DNA of 64,000 bases from the NCBI GenBank assembly GCA_030704615.1, contig CM060734.1:26288001-26352000 (forward strand), given 5' to 3'. Below the pieces are notes generated by a model. The model saw only the letters and a program-made list of their open reading frames with translations, was not told the DNA's origin and did not search any database. How positions within the stretch are numbered: position 1 is the stretch's first letter; the number at the start of each line of letters is the position of its first letter. Shown piece by piece: positions 1 through 11,767 of this stretch. The translations under genes and the position numbers were made by a program. The stretch comes from Takakia lepidozioides (lineage: Eukaryota; Plantae; Bryophyta).

Positions 1-680
1 ACTTAGCCATTTTCGGCCTAAGTCCCTAGTGTGGCTGGCCCGCAACTGGAAATTCGGCGCCGTTTTCCAGTTCTAGGCCCTATTGCCGTCCAGGGACTTA
101 GCCATTTTCGGGCTAAGTCCCTAGACTGGCTGGCCCTGAACTGGAAATTCGGCGCCCTTTTCCAGTTCCAGGCCATATTGCCGTTCAGGGACTTAGCCAT
201 TTTCGGGCTAAGTCCCTAGACTGGCTGGCCCTGAAGTGGAAATTCGGCGCCATATTCCAGTTCCAGGCCCTATTGCCGTCCACGGACTTAGCCATTTTCG
301 GTCTAAGTCCCTACGGTGGCTGGCCAGGAACTGGAAATTCGGCGCCGTTTTCCAGTTCTAGGCCCTATTGCTGTCCAGGGACTTAGCCATTTTCGGGCTA
401 AGTCCCTAGGGTGGCTGGCCCGGAACTGGAAATTCGGCGCCGTTTTCCAGTTCTAGGCCCTATTGCCGTCCAGGGACTTAGCCATTTTCGGGCTAAGTCC
501 CTAGACTGGCTGGCTCTGAACTGGAAATTCGGCGCCGTTTTCCAGTTCCAGGCCGTATTGCCGTTCAGGGACTTAGCCATTTTCGGGCTAAGTCCCTAGA
601 CTGGGTGGCCCTGAAGTGGAAATTCGGCGCCATATTCCAGTTGTAGGCCCTATTGCCGTTCAGGGACTTAGCCATTTTCG
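1..680. repeat. 95-bp tandem array (at least 7 units, 380-bp higher-order period), two hairpins per unit; lies in an intron of the downstream MTase-like gene
   Basis: ACTTAGCCATTTTCGG recurs at 1, 96, 191, 286, 381, 476, 571 and 666. Each unit has GGGACTTAGCC-attttcg-GGCTAAGTCCC and AACTGGAAA-ttcggcgccgt-TTTCCAGTT stems. The array ends just before a pyrimidine tract and TGCAG acceptor (708). Confidence 0.95.
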
Positions 681-708
681 GACCTCATTGTGTTTTTCAT
701 GAATGCAG

Positions 709-3043
709 GTACTGTAAGTTCTCCTTTTGGAGAAAGGTCATCTGTCTTTCGAGCCACCATTCTTCCTGGCATGGAGGAACCCTGGGGCTGACTCCATGTA
801 CACTGACGATATTGTGAAGGAGTGGCATCTGGAACATTTGCGTGATTGCCCTTGGTATGTGGACCTTCCGCCCGGCTCGCTCGACCCATCCGAGTTTCAA
901 TTGAAGCTGGATGCTGAATTCCGACGAAACCGGGCTCCGCTGCCTCCGTTGGGTGCAAAAGAGGCAAAAGCGCTTGCGAACTCCAGGAAAGTGGCAGAGC
1001 TTGCTCAGGCAGGAATTCAAGAGAAATTGCATGAGAAGAGTAAAGGTCAAAGGAAAAGGACAAGGAAACAGGTGACTGCAGTAACACCCAAAAAGAAGAA
1101 ACCATCGGGGCATCGGAGGAGGCGCAGGAGGGGACCCAAGAGAGTGACTCCGACGCCGATTTTGTTCAAGGTCCTGCGACTGCTGTTGCTCCTACCGAGT
1201 CACCGGTCATCCGGGTTCCCAAGTCAGTTCGGAGTGGGACTGGCTCTGCCAAGAAGTTGGCATTTGAGGGCGAGCCTACACGGCGGTATTCGGCGGTGAC
1301 GTTTACGCACAGGCCAAAGCTAGAACCTCCAACCATCATCCAATGCGTCAATGAGAGCTTCCTTGACGCTCTCGCTGCCAGGGCGAAGAAGGTGGCACAC
1401 AACAAGTCTCTGGCGGAGCAGAAGGGGAAAGCCAAGAAGAGGGCTGCCGGTACAGAGCCTAAAGACACCCCTGGTTTTGAAGCCATGATGGAATTCTTCA
1501 CGGCTGTGAGCACGAATTGCAAGAGCACTCGGGGGGGGTTGAGGTGGAGAGAGCTTGCGACATGATTCTCCTCGACATTCCAGATGGGGAGCTGCTGGAG
1601 GGCCTGGATGGTGTGCCCACCTAGAACAGGTTTACTGAGGACTACTGGAAAGCCGGGTTGGGCTGGCGGGGATGCTTCTGGATGACGGTGGATGTGTGGT
1701 TGTCCTTGCCACGAGAGGGAAGACCACAGAGAATGCGGTGGCAAGGTGGACACCGAAAAGTGTCACCCCGGTCCTCCTCAGAAAATGGTTCTGCATCAGT
1801 ACGCAGGGGTTGCGAACAGAGGGCCAAAGTGTAAGTTATCAATCTATTGCATTCACTTCATATTGTGGTGTATGTTAAGTAGACCCTGGAATTGATCCCT
1901 TCTTTGTTGGATGTGCAGACATTGGTGTTTGAGGCATATTGCTTTGTGAAGAGAGGGTCTACGTTCAAATTCCGCAACGACGGTCGTCTTGTTGATGCCG
2001 CTGTGGACCCTGTAACCTACGATGTCCTCTACAACTATGTGCCCCACTCTAGTATGCCAAAGGACACAAAGACAGGCAAACCGTGGCGGTACAGCCGGAC
2101 CCGGAGCCCTGCTTTCATCCAGACCCTCATGGAGACGTGCTCGGATGTCCAAGGGCGGATTCTGGACCTCACATGCGGCACGGGTAAGCCTTCACGTGCT
2201 CAGTTTGTCCCCTGGCCCCATTGCAATTGCATGCCGCAAGCTATTAACCGCCCGCTTTGTTCCTCAGGTGCTTCAATGTGGGCAGGGACGTTGTCCGACA
2301 GGCATGTGTTCGCCTTCGAGCCAGATACTGCCCTCCACAACTCGGAACTTGCAGCAGCTGAACGTCTGCCGAAAGAGGAAGAGGCATCCTCGGAGGATGA
2401 GGAAAAATCCGAGAAAGAGCAGGGGGAGGAAGTTGGGATCGAGGCCGAGGAGCCCCCGGTTTACGAGTGAGTGGTGGCATTGTAAGTTGCCTCCAGATTT
2501 TGTGAGGCACCTCCCTCCGCTCTCTTATTTCATTGAAAACCGCTGGTATTGACATTCTTCAAGTGGATTTGTTCTTACTGTAGGATGCCAAGTACTGCCG
2601 GAGGGACGTCTACACCGGAGTTCATGGGCAGGAGGAACGTGCCTTTTTTTGCCAGGGGGGATTTCATGCCTAGTCCAGAAAGGGAGTACATCCTTCCTAC
2701 TTATGCTGCCCGGTTTGCTTCGGTGTCCATTAGGAGGTGTTCCGAACGTAGTCGTGTACAGCAGATTTTAGACGAGGCAAGCCTCAAGAAAATGAAGATG
2801 AGGGAGGAGGCAGCAGCTATTAGAGCCCGTCGGGCTCGTAGATTTGTGTTGGATTCTACTGAGGAAAGTGGGGGAGAAGACGCAGAAGATTCCCAGGAGG
2901 TGAGGTGGACAGTCCCCCAAAGAGAGGACGGGATTTTTGAGAGGCATAGTGGAACTGATGCATCACAGAGCTCGGAGGATGAGGGGGATGAGGGGGATGA
3001 GGAAGAAGGTGGGGCAAGTTCCTCGGAGGGTGTAGGAGAGTAG
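709..3043 (+). pseudogene. Multi-exon gene for a beta-class N4-cytosine/N6-adenine DNA methyltransferase-like protein, with an N-terminal conserved domain and acidic tail; disrupted in this assembly
   Basis: Motif IV-like CDMILLDIPDG at 1556-1588, then MLLDDGGCVVV. Removing GT-AG introns 1831-1918 and 2184-2267 gives TLVFEAYCFVK...SPAFIQTLMETCSDVQGRILDLTCGTGASMWAGTLSDRHVFAFEPD (motif I FxGxG-like, C-terminal to motif IV = beta order). Further intron ~2468-2583. Lesions: frameshifts ~721, ~1108, 1531-1538, ~1665 and TAG at 1622. Confidence 0.75.
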
Positions 3044-3199
3044 TGCCCATTCCGGCTATGACAGTTAGAACACACTTGTATAGACGTGGCTTGCCACAAA
3101 ATTTGCAATAAAATGTTGCATTTCAAGTCCACTGGTGCCACATTCCAACTTCACATGACCCTATTTCCGTGCCTCCTAACCCTATTTCCGTGGACTCAC

Positions 3200-5562
3200 A
3201 ATGGTCTGCTCATGCTTTTTTTTTTTTCCGCTCATGCTCATGCCGCTCATGAAATAGCAACCCCCGCCTGGTTGGAGTTATCAACCCATATAGCAGATCC
3301 GTACTCCAAGGCAGGTCTAATAACGCGACAAAGCATGGTTTTCTTAACCTCAGAGTTGACCCCTCTACAATGGAAAAATTTAGTGAGCCCCAGAGCTTTG
3401 CCCTTGCTAGTTTGAACAACTTTCCGGATATGTGCATCCCAATTACAATTGGAGGAAAACTCAACGCCCAGGTAAGTGTAGGAGGGACCGGGATCTCTTG
3501 GCTACCCCACTGCCACTTAAGATCACTTCCTCCCTCTCCTCTGTCGTTGAATGCTACCACTGCACATTTGCTGACATTAGCCTCTAGCCCCCAAAGATCA
3601 AAGTATCTCTTCGCGCAATCAATCAACTCCTGGAGATTGGTTGGAGTCTCCCCTATGCCTGCGAAGTCATCCGCAAACATATATAAGGGCTGGTATGGTG
3701 GTATCACCCACCCTTAACCCAAATCCCTCACTTTCCACATTCTTGAGGAGTTGATTGATGAAAACATTGAAGAGCAGAGGGGAGAGAGTACATCCTTGAG
3801 CTACACCTTGGTCTATGTCAAAGAAGTTGGACTTCTGTCCGTTAACAGTGACACAGCTTTTGGTGTGAGCATACAAATGGTGGACAACTCTCCACATCTT
3901 TCCCTTCATCCCACAAGACCAGAGGCGGAACCATAGGCCATCTCTCCACACCGTGTCATAAGCCTTTTTGACATCCAGGAAAAAGACATAAGTGGGTTTC
4001 CCTTCTTTTTTCCTTCCCTGGATAATCTGGCTTAGAGTGAAGATATGATCCACACAGCCCCTGTTTCGCCGAAAGCTAGCTTGGCCTTCGTGGAAACAAC
4101 CTCTAGACTCCAGATCAACCTCGAGACGAGTACTTATAACTCTGCAGAATGTCTTGCCAACAGCATTGAGGAGCGTGATGCCACGGTAGTTCCCCGGTTC
4201 TTCTCTGTCACCCTTCTTGTATAGATTGACAATGACCCCCTGTCGCCAGCGAAAGGGGATCATTTCAGTCTTCCAGATAAGGTTAAAGAGGAGAACTAGG
4301 GCCTCTATCATGGGATCGCCACCGTGCTTGATAAGCTCGTTGACAATACCATCAGGTCCACCAGCTTTATATCCATTTAAATGTTCAATTGCTTCCACAA
4401 TCTCAGAAGAACTAATGGGAGCGTTATAAGCCATTGAAATATACTCCAGTTCATCAGGGCTGTTTTGAATCATAGGAACAGTTTTTCCAACTGTGTCCCT
4501 CCATTCAGCAAAAGACCCCTCACTGTTAGACCTAGAAGTTCTGCCAAAGATACTGAGTGATTTTCAAAGGTTTTGACAATGTCAACCGATGAAGTCACCA
4601 CTGCACCTTTAGTAGTCTTCGGCGCTTGTACTTGCTGACCGTTTTTAGGCTTGTACAAACGTTGAAGGGCCAACCAGAATTTCTTGTCATTACCACCATG
4701 GTGGTTTGAGTTCATACCCCTGTATAACTTATCCCAGTATAATTTCTTCTGAGACCTAACAAGCTGATTGATATCTTTACGGAGCTGGTAGTACCTCGCC
4801 TACAATTCTCTGTTGGTTTTCAAATTGCAGCACTCTTTATAGAGGGCTCGTCTCTCATCTTGAGTTTGATCTCATTGGTCACCAATTAACAGCTCTACCG
4901 TAGACAATTAGTTTCCTCCCAATGATCTTGTCAGCCACGGAGGAAACGAAACTCTCCCAAGAGTCCACTGCTCTTTCAACTTCATTTCTTGCTTTGTCAG
5001 AGCGAGACTGAAGTTCTTGGAGTGATTGGACAAAGTGAGGGAGAGCCTCTTGCAAGGCCTGGACGTACTCAGCCTTGACCTCCTCATTATGAAATTTTTC
5101 TATGCGCCACTTCCGAATCGAACGTTTCAGAGATCTCTTGGTGTTGGGAAAACACCTTTTGATCTTAGTCCAAACCAGAAAGTGGTTAGAGGTACCAATA
5201 TCAGTTCTGTCAATCAACACATTGGTACACTGGGGAAACAAATTTTTGTCCATTATGATATAGTCCACAATGGAACGTTCCCCAGTTTGGGATTTCTCAC
5301 GAGTCCACTGCACTTGGTCACCTCTTGTCCTGTTATTCAAGGTCAAAAGCTGAAGCTCTTCCAGACAGTTAATTAACCGTCTGCCATTAGAATTCAGCTC
5401 GTCCTCACCAAAAGGCCCAATGATATCGTCCTGATGGAGCCCTTTGCCCACCCGGGCATTGAAGTCACCCAATAGCACTACCTGACCTTTGGCAAGGAAC
5501 GAAGCACAGTCCAGCTTTACATCTTCGAAGGAGAGAGTGAAAGTGAAAGTATGAGGAAGCAA
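3200..5562 (-). mobile_element. Degenerate LINE (non-LTR retrotransposon) ORF2: APE endonuclease plus reverse transcriptase
   Basis: APE motifs VVLLGDFNARVG, SIVDYII, TSNHFLV (4879-5562). RT motifs KAGGPDGI, NYRGITLL, FLDVKKAYDTV, GVAQGCTLSPLLFN, MFADD (3210-4473). Several frameshifts. Confidence 0.93.
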
Positions 5563-6892
5563 TCAGGGTTAGCTGCTGGAGTCAGAGTCGTCACTAGGGC
5601 CTGAGTGAGAGAGATGAAAATTGGGAAGAGCGGAAGTGACTTGGGGTTTTCTTTCACCAAATACAATTGTCAGTAATCAGCAGGAAATAGCTGAAGGGGT
5701 GTGGCTATGTTGAGGCCAGTGTCTTGTGGATGTTGGGTCAAGTTTGAGAGTTTTCATCGAGAGAGAGAGAGAGAGAAAAATCTGAGAGCTATGATAGTAA
5801 TCTGCTCTGGTGATTCTTATAGGGCCCACCCTCGACAGAGGGCAGTATGCGTGAGGCGAAGTGGCTCTTAGTTACGCCGGCTTTGGCCGGAGTCTTCTCT
5901 CTCTCTCTCTCTGCTCTGGTGATCAAGTGTTGCTTAAAGAAGAAGATGGTGATGAAGCAAAGGGTAACCATGCAGCAAGTATGAGCGTGCTTAGTAAGTT
6001 AGCATAATGAAGAGTGAAGGGATTAGAGTGAAGGGAGGGCGGGGAGTGGAGGGGGAGAGTGAGGGACGGAGGGGGCAGGGAAGGCAGGGCAGGGTAGGGA
6101 AGTGAGGGGAGAGTGAGGGAGGGAGGCCATGATAGGGAGTGCAATATTCATGTTTTAATACAATTCTGATATGGGTCATTGTAAGGGTATCAGTGTGTGA
6201 TGTTCCAAGCATTCACAGCATTGGACATTCTGCAATTTAAGGCACTTTGGAATATGAAGGTTTGTATGCAATCATACTCTGACCTTCTCATCTCTCTAAT
6301 CATAAGTTCTAATTTCTATGGTTTTTTTTGTCAAGCTGCACCAAAGCACACAAAAGACATGATGACAACCCAGGCTGGAGGTGCAAGTGGCCCACCCCCG
6401 ACATGGGTGCAACAAGGCCCCAATAGCCCTTGGGTGTGTTCAGCAGGAGTAGTTCTGAAATGTGTGTTTTGTTGGTGGGAGTGCAGATAGCTTTCACCGG
6501 TGTGGTATATTCATGTCTGCTACTTGCATATATGGGGCAGGCTGTTTCTGTCCAAGAACCAGAATGACATCTCAAAGAGCTTCTATAAGTCCATCCCAAG
6601 TATAGCATCTTTGCCCTGGAGTCCTGATGTCTGTAGCTCTTCTGTGCTACATTTTGCAAGTTACTTTCACATTAAGTATGAGATGAATAGAGAGCAGCGT
6701 GACTAACGCATGTAACGGAGTGGCTCTTTTGGCCAGCAATTGTTTCTATGCTGCTTGTGGGTGGAAGACTTTTCTCCCTGTCTGTGGCTTGGCCTCCAAA
6801 AAAAGAAAGAGTAAGACGTTTGACTAATGACTTGCAAGGGCATAGAACAACACATACAAGGAGAAATGCTTTTTGGTAACTTACATTTGAGA

Positions 6893-7125
6893 GCCTATAT
6901 TTTGTGGTGGCAACACTAGCATCTATTGTGGGGAGTCAGGCCGTCATATCAGCCACATTCTCCATCATTAAGCAATGTATGGCACTTGGTTGCTTCCCTC
7001 GTTTGAAAGTGGGGCACACCTCTGAGCACATTAATGGGCAGATCTACATCCTTGAGATTAATTGGACCTTATTGGTGTTGTGTCTACCAATCACTATCTG
7101 TTTCCAAGACACCATCAGTTCAGGG
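6893..7125 (+). pseudogene. Isolated exon fragment of a KUP/HAK/KT potassium transporter
   Basis: [53 protein letters not shown] matches the conserved HAK core. No other HAK exons recognised nearby. Confidence 0.88.
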
Positions 7126-8078
7126 AAGTTTTCTGCCTAACTTTATTTTCATCAGACAATTTCCTGGCAATGGACATCGCTTTGGACAATTCAGCCTCTA
7201 AGTCAGATTTATCCAGCAGGGTCAAGACTTGCGTACTTAGATTCACATCCTTTTCACTCTTCCGCCAGGACTTGGCAGCCCTAGAAAACAGCCAAGGTGA
7301 CCCTGAGTTGTAGGAAATCCCTATCCACATTGGCATTGTTCATTTCAAACTATCATTTGCAGTAAAGTTTTCATGGTATTTTGCATGCTTGTGATTCCTA
7401 GGCCATTCTTTATTTTCTTTAGTTTATGTGGCCTTTGTCGTTCATGGTTGGTTTGGTAGGATGTAGTGATTAATGGAAATCTTGCCTGCCCAGCCAGACC
7501 CCAATGGGCTCCTATCCCGACTACTATCACTGCCCTCTGCTCGCTAAGAGTACCCCGTCACTCCACCCCCTGATCCTCTCGCAAGAATCGTGCCAAGGCC
7601 CTCTGGATGAGCTCGTCCAGCTCGGCTATACATGGGCAGTTATCCTCGGGCTTCTTGCTACTTTCTATCAAGGCTACGACATAGCCTAGAGCTGCAATAT
7701 AACAAAGCCAGCAATCGTGCTCGTTTCGGGTGTAATAGAGTTATCTGTGGGACCAAACTGCTAGGACCAGGAAAATGGGGGTGGCAGGAGTTTGGTGCCG
7801 AGTTTTGTTCGTCGTTCTTGCGGAGGCAGTCAAAGGTCACGAGCTCGCGCCATAGCAAGCTACTGGCTCCAAGTCGCGCATCTGTGGAGCACGTTTGCAG
7901 TTGTGCTCGTTTGCAGGTTGGAGTGCGCGCGGTGGGGAATCGTGGCCAGCGGCTGGTGTTTTCTTTTTTTTCAGTTGCGTGCATTCTAATCCTTAGGTGG
8001 GCTTCGGTGACTTCTTCGGAGACTTCTCAGCTGCAGGTTGTTTCACTTTGGGGGTTTGGGGGCAACTCAGCTGTACCT

Positions 8079-8955
8079 ATGGCAGACTGTGAGTATGAAT
8101 TGGACTACATCCTCAAGGAGTTTCAAGACATAGAGGGCACTCAAGCATTCCCTGAGCCTGAAGCATTCCCGGACGATGATGTTCCTTGTAGCCAAAAATT
8201 GCCAATGAAGAGGAAGAATCCGGCACCATGGATGGACAAGGCTAATTGTGGACTCTTTCCACTTGAGCACCATGGCTACGGCCTACAATCACCATTTTTC
8301 TTTGTACAGCAAGGGCAAGAAGCAGGTCACCCAATTGATTCCATCCGTTGTGTGGAAGGCGGTATACACACACTATCTGGAAGTCCACCCTAATTCTGAA
8401 TTTGCTGAGGAGACTCTGAAGGACCGTCTACGGGAAACGCTCAAGGAATTGAAAACAGGCACATCAAATGAAGAGGATTATGACAAGGCGGTGTTACAGA
8501 GTGACGAAATGTTGGTGAGATTAAAGAGTACCGATGGCCATGCCACTCGGAATGTACTCAAGAGGCGAAACAACTTTTTACAATCAGGAAGTCCGTCCCT
8601 GATCCCATCAACAGCTTCTACTGGTGTGGGGGAATCGGATGCACCACCGCCTGTACCTAGTCTTGGCACCGAGTGTAGTCCTGCAATTTCTAATGCAACT
8701 ATAGGGTCTAAGTCCTCAGATGAAAAACCAATGAGCAAGTCTGAGATGCTCCAGCAGCAATCTCGTAGCATTGCTACCATGGCCCAGCAATTTCAGACTT
8801 CATCTGTTCCGTGACGCCCTCTTAGCTGCCAAGTTGGAAATCAGCCAAGAGAAGCATAACAAGGTCAAAATCAGCAATTTAAAGCAGGCCGAGACCTAGG
8901 TGTGATAAGTGACGATGAGTTTAAGCTGTAGGTTAAAGCTATCTTGCATTTGTAG
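8079..8955 (+). pseudogene. Myb/SANT(trihelix)-like DNA-binding ORF of a PIF/Harbinger element, frameshifted
   Basis: KRKNPAPW...VWKAVYTHYLEVHP...LKDRLRETLKELK has trihelix-like W spacing. It converges tail-to-tail on a Harbinger transposase, the usual two-gene layout. Confidence 0.55.
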
Positions 8956-8984
8956 TGATCTGTCTAGTAGTCCCCATCCCAGCC

Positions 8985-10235
8985 TGTGATGATCGGTGCC
9001 GATCATTACTTCTAGTTATTTATTTATTTTTATTTTTATTTTATTTTTTGCTTTTGATATTTGGCATTTGGGTGGATGTGATGATCGGTGCCAGCCATCA
9101 CTTCTGTCGGTGCCGCCGATCATTTAAATTTTATAATTTTTAAATTAAATTAATTTTTTTTTAAATTTATTAAAAAAATAAAAAATAAAATAAAAAAAAA
9201 AACCTTTTCCTTCATTCGGCATTTGGGTGCCGACCATCACATCTGTCGGTGCCGCCAATCATCACTCTCCGTTTTTTTTTTTTTTTTCCTTTGGGACATT
9301 CGGCATTTGGGTAGATGTGATGGTCGGCACCGACCATCACTTTTGTCGGTGCCGCTGATCATCACTTTCTGTTTTTATTTTTATTTTTTAATAATTAAAT
9401 AATAAATTAAAATTAAAATTAAAATAATAAAATTGGCTTTTGACATTCGGCATTTGAGCGGATGCGATGGTCAGTGCCGACCATCACTTCTGCCAGTGCC
9501 GCTGATCATTATTTTTTTTTATTTTTTTTTAAATTTGTTTTTTGACATTCCGCATTTGGGTGGATGCGATGGTCGGTGCCGACAATCACTTTTGTCGGTG
9601 CTGCCGATCATCACTCTCCGTTTTTTTTTTGGCTTTTGGCTTTTGGCTTTTGGCTTTTGATATTCGGCATTTGGGTAGATGTGATGGTCGGTGCCGAACA
9701 TCACTTCTGTCAGTGCCGCCGATCTTTTTTTTTGGCTTTTGACATTCGGCATTAGGGCGGATGCGATGGTCGGTGCCGACCATTACTTCTGTCAATGTCG
9801 TCGATCATCATTTTCTGTTTTTTTTTTTTTTTAATTTTTTTGGCTTTTGACATTCGACATTTGGGTGGATGTGATGGTCGGTGCCGACAATCACTTCTAT
9901 CGGTGTCACCGGAGTCATAAGAACGCTCCCCTCCAAGGCTACGTCCTCCCAAAATCCTAGATTTTATCTACCACTGGCGCCTTAGATAATGGCTCCTAAC
10001 CCTTAGAGGGGTATAAATTAAATCTAATAGCTAAAGGTAAGAATACCCTCCTTTAAGGGAATTTGCAGACGCATTGCCCGCTGGGTAAAATGCCCCCGCC
10101 ACGTGGCGGGGCGCAGATCATCCGATTTTTTATTATATAAATATATAAATATATAAATATATAAATAAATTTAAGGTGGCTTTTGACATTTGGCATTTGG
10201 GTGGATGCGATGGTCGGTGCCGCCGATCATCACTT
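8985..10235. repeat. Array of about 10 hairpin repeats (GTGATG(G/A)TCGGTGCCGA(C/T)CATCAC core) separated by T-rich spacers
   Basis: Unit TTTTGACATTCGGCATTTGGGTGGATGTGATGGTCGGTGCCGACCATCACTTCTGTCGGTGCCGCCGATCATCAC recurs at ~9055, 9215, 9298, 9435, 9540, 9655, 9735, 9842 and 10177. Confidence 0.92.
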
Positions 10236-10259
10236 CTGTTTTTTTTTTGTTTTTGTTGT

Positions 10260-11108
10260 ATGCCCAGGGAACGCCACTTGTTTCTAGAATTCCACATCTT
10301 GAAGGGGAGGAGAGATTCGGCTCCTGTAAGAGGAAATTGAACACCCCACCTGGTTCGGATTCCGATTCGCACAGGGCAGACCGTGATAACTTCTCGAAGC
10401 CTCGTGTTCCTCTGCATGACAGATCCATGTCCGGGACCTCCATCCTGGAAGAATCTCCGACACGACGGTAGGCTCCAGCATCAAGACGATAGATGTGTGC
10501 ATGGAACTGTGCATCCTTCCGTGGTGATGAAGCCAACTCCTCCAACCGTTTGGCCCGTCCAGGTGGGAACACATCTCACGAGTCAGGAGATTGCAATGCT
10601 GGAGGAGGCAGACTTTTCCCTTGCGAAACAACCCCAACTGCATGCATGTGCTTTTACTTCTGCATCCTCTCGGGTCCCTCCGGCAAATCCTCACTTGTGG
10701 CCAACCAAACGAGATGGAAAGCTGGTTCGGCGTTTCAATCCAACCGCTGAGCACTTCGGCAAAGTGGAGTCCGCAAGAATGCTCCAAGCTCGTGTTGCAA
10801 ACACCACGGAAGTGCCCGATCCAGGATATGGTCGGGTGTACAAAATGATCACTTCGACATCTGCTGTTCATGACAGGGCCTACGACATCACGGTTTCCAA
10901 TTTCCCCAATTGCACATGTCCTGATTTTGTGAATATGTTATCAACCAGTTTGGGCAAGAGAGGTAAATTCATACCCTGCAAACATTTGTATTTCATATTT
11001 TTGAAGATGATGGTTTGCGATCCCAAACATGACAACTTCGTTCACCAGGCCACTCTGAGTTTCAACGAGGTCGATACTCTATTGCAGCGGGATACAACAC
11101 ATAGGTAG
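10260..11108 (+). mobile_element. C-terminal (SWIM zinc finger) fragment of the Mutator-related transposase family
   Basis: SWIM CTCPDF...CKH. Upstream HLEGEERFGSCKRKLNTPPGSDSDSHRADR aligns with HLEGDVRTRPVRRRIEEEPGCEEDSWRSNR of the transposase at 59262-59822. Confidence 0.8.
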
Positions 11109-11339
11109 CATCTGCTATGCAATGTGGTATGTGGCCGACCATGCTATGAAATGTGCAATTTGCAACATTGTCATGGAAATTCAATTCAAATCAATTCGTT
11201 TGCAACATCGTCGGCGGTGCAATGATATGACGTCCCTTATCCCTCCATTATGCTTCCAACTATACTGAGTGAGCTCTGAGTGACAACTTTTAAAAGCACG
11301 TGCATCATTGCACCTTTCGAAGTCTACATGTTTTCCTGT

Positions 11340-11767
11340 CGCTATGCACTGCAATCATCTTTTGAAGATGATCCTAACTCTCATTGTTATTTGGGGAGGG
11401 AGCAAGGACTTTCCGTGGCAGCCTCTATGGCGCATACTTTGTGAGGATATTTTCTCGTCCTTGTAATTGTAAAAGTGAAACAAAAATTTGTAATTGCACA
11501 ATGTTGGATGCTACGATTGTAGGAACCATGGTAGTCTTCATTGTATTCAACCAAGGATTCCCTGCATTAATCCCACGGTCATAGGACCATCCTCGGTTAT
11601 AGGCGGCGCATGTTCATGCTGACGTGGCAGATGACGGCGCAGTGCCACATCAGCATTTGTCGCCATATCAGCCTGCTGACATCATGCTCACGCCACGTCA
11701 GCGTGGGTGCACGCTCACGCCACGTCACTCTTGCGTGAGCGTACGCTCACGCCATTGCGTCGTTGCA
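11340..11767 (+). mobile_element. 3' terminal region of the Mutator-related element (GCTCACGC/ACGCCACGTCA repeats, ends ...CGTTGCA)
   Basis: About 430 bp with an inverted homologue at ~13108-13560. Contains the 20-bp palindrome GCGTGAGCGTACGCTCACGC. Confidence 0.75.

Noticed and set aside
18-599. Four 60-62-aa ORFs in the tandem array
   Set aside because: By-products of the 95-bp repeat period; no coding signature.
8985-10235. Palindromic repeats with spacers resembling a CRISPR array
   Set aside because: Spacers are low-complexity T/A tracts of variable length, repeats are long and degenerate, there are no cas genes, and the context is eukaryotic.
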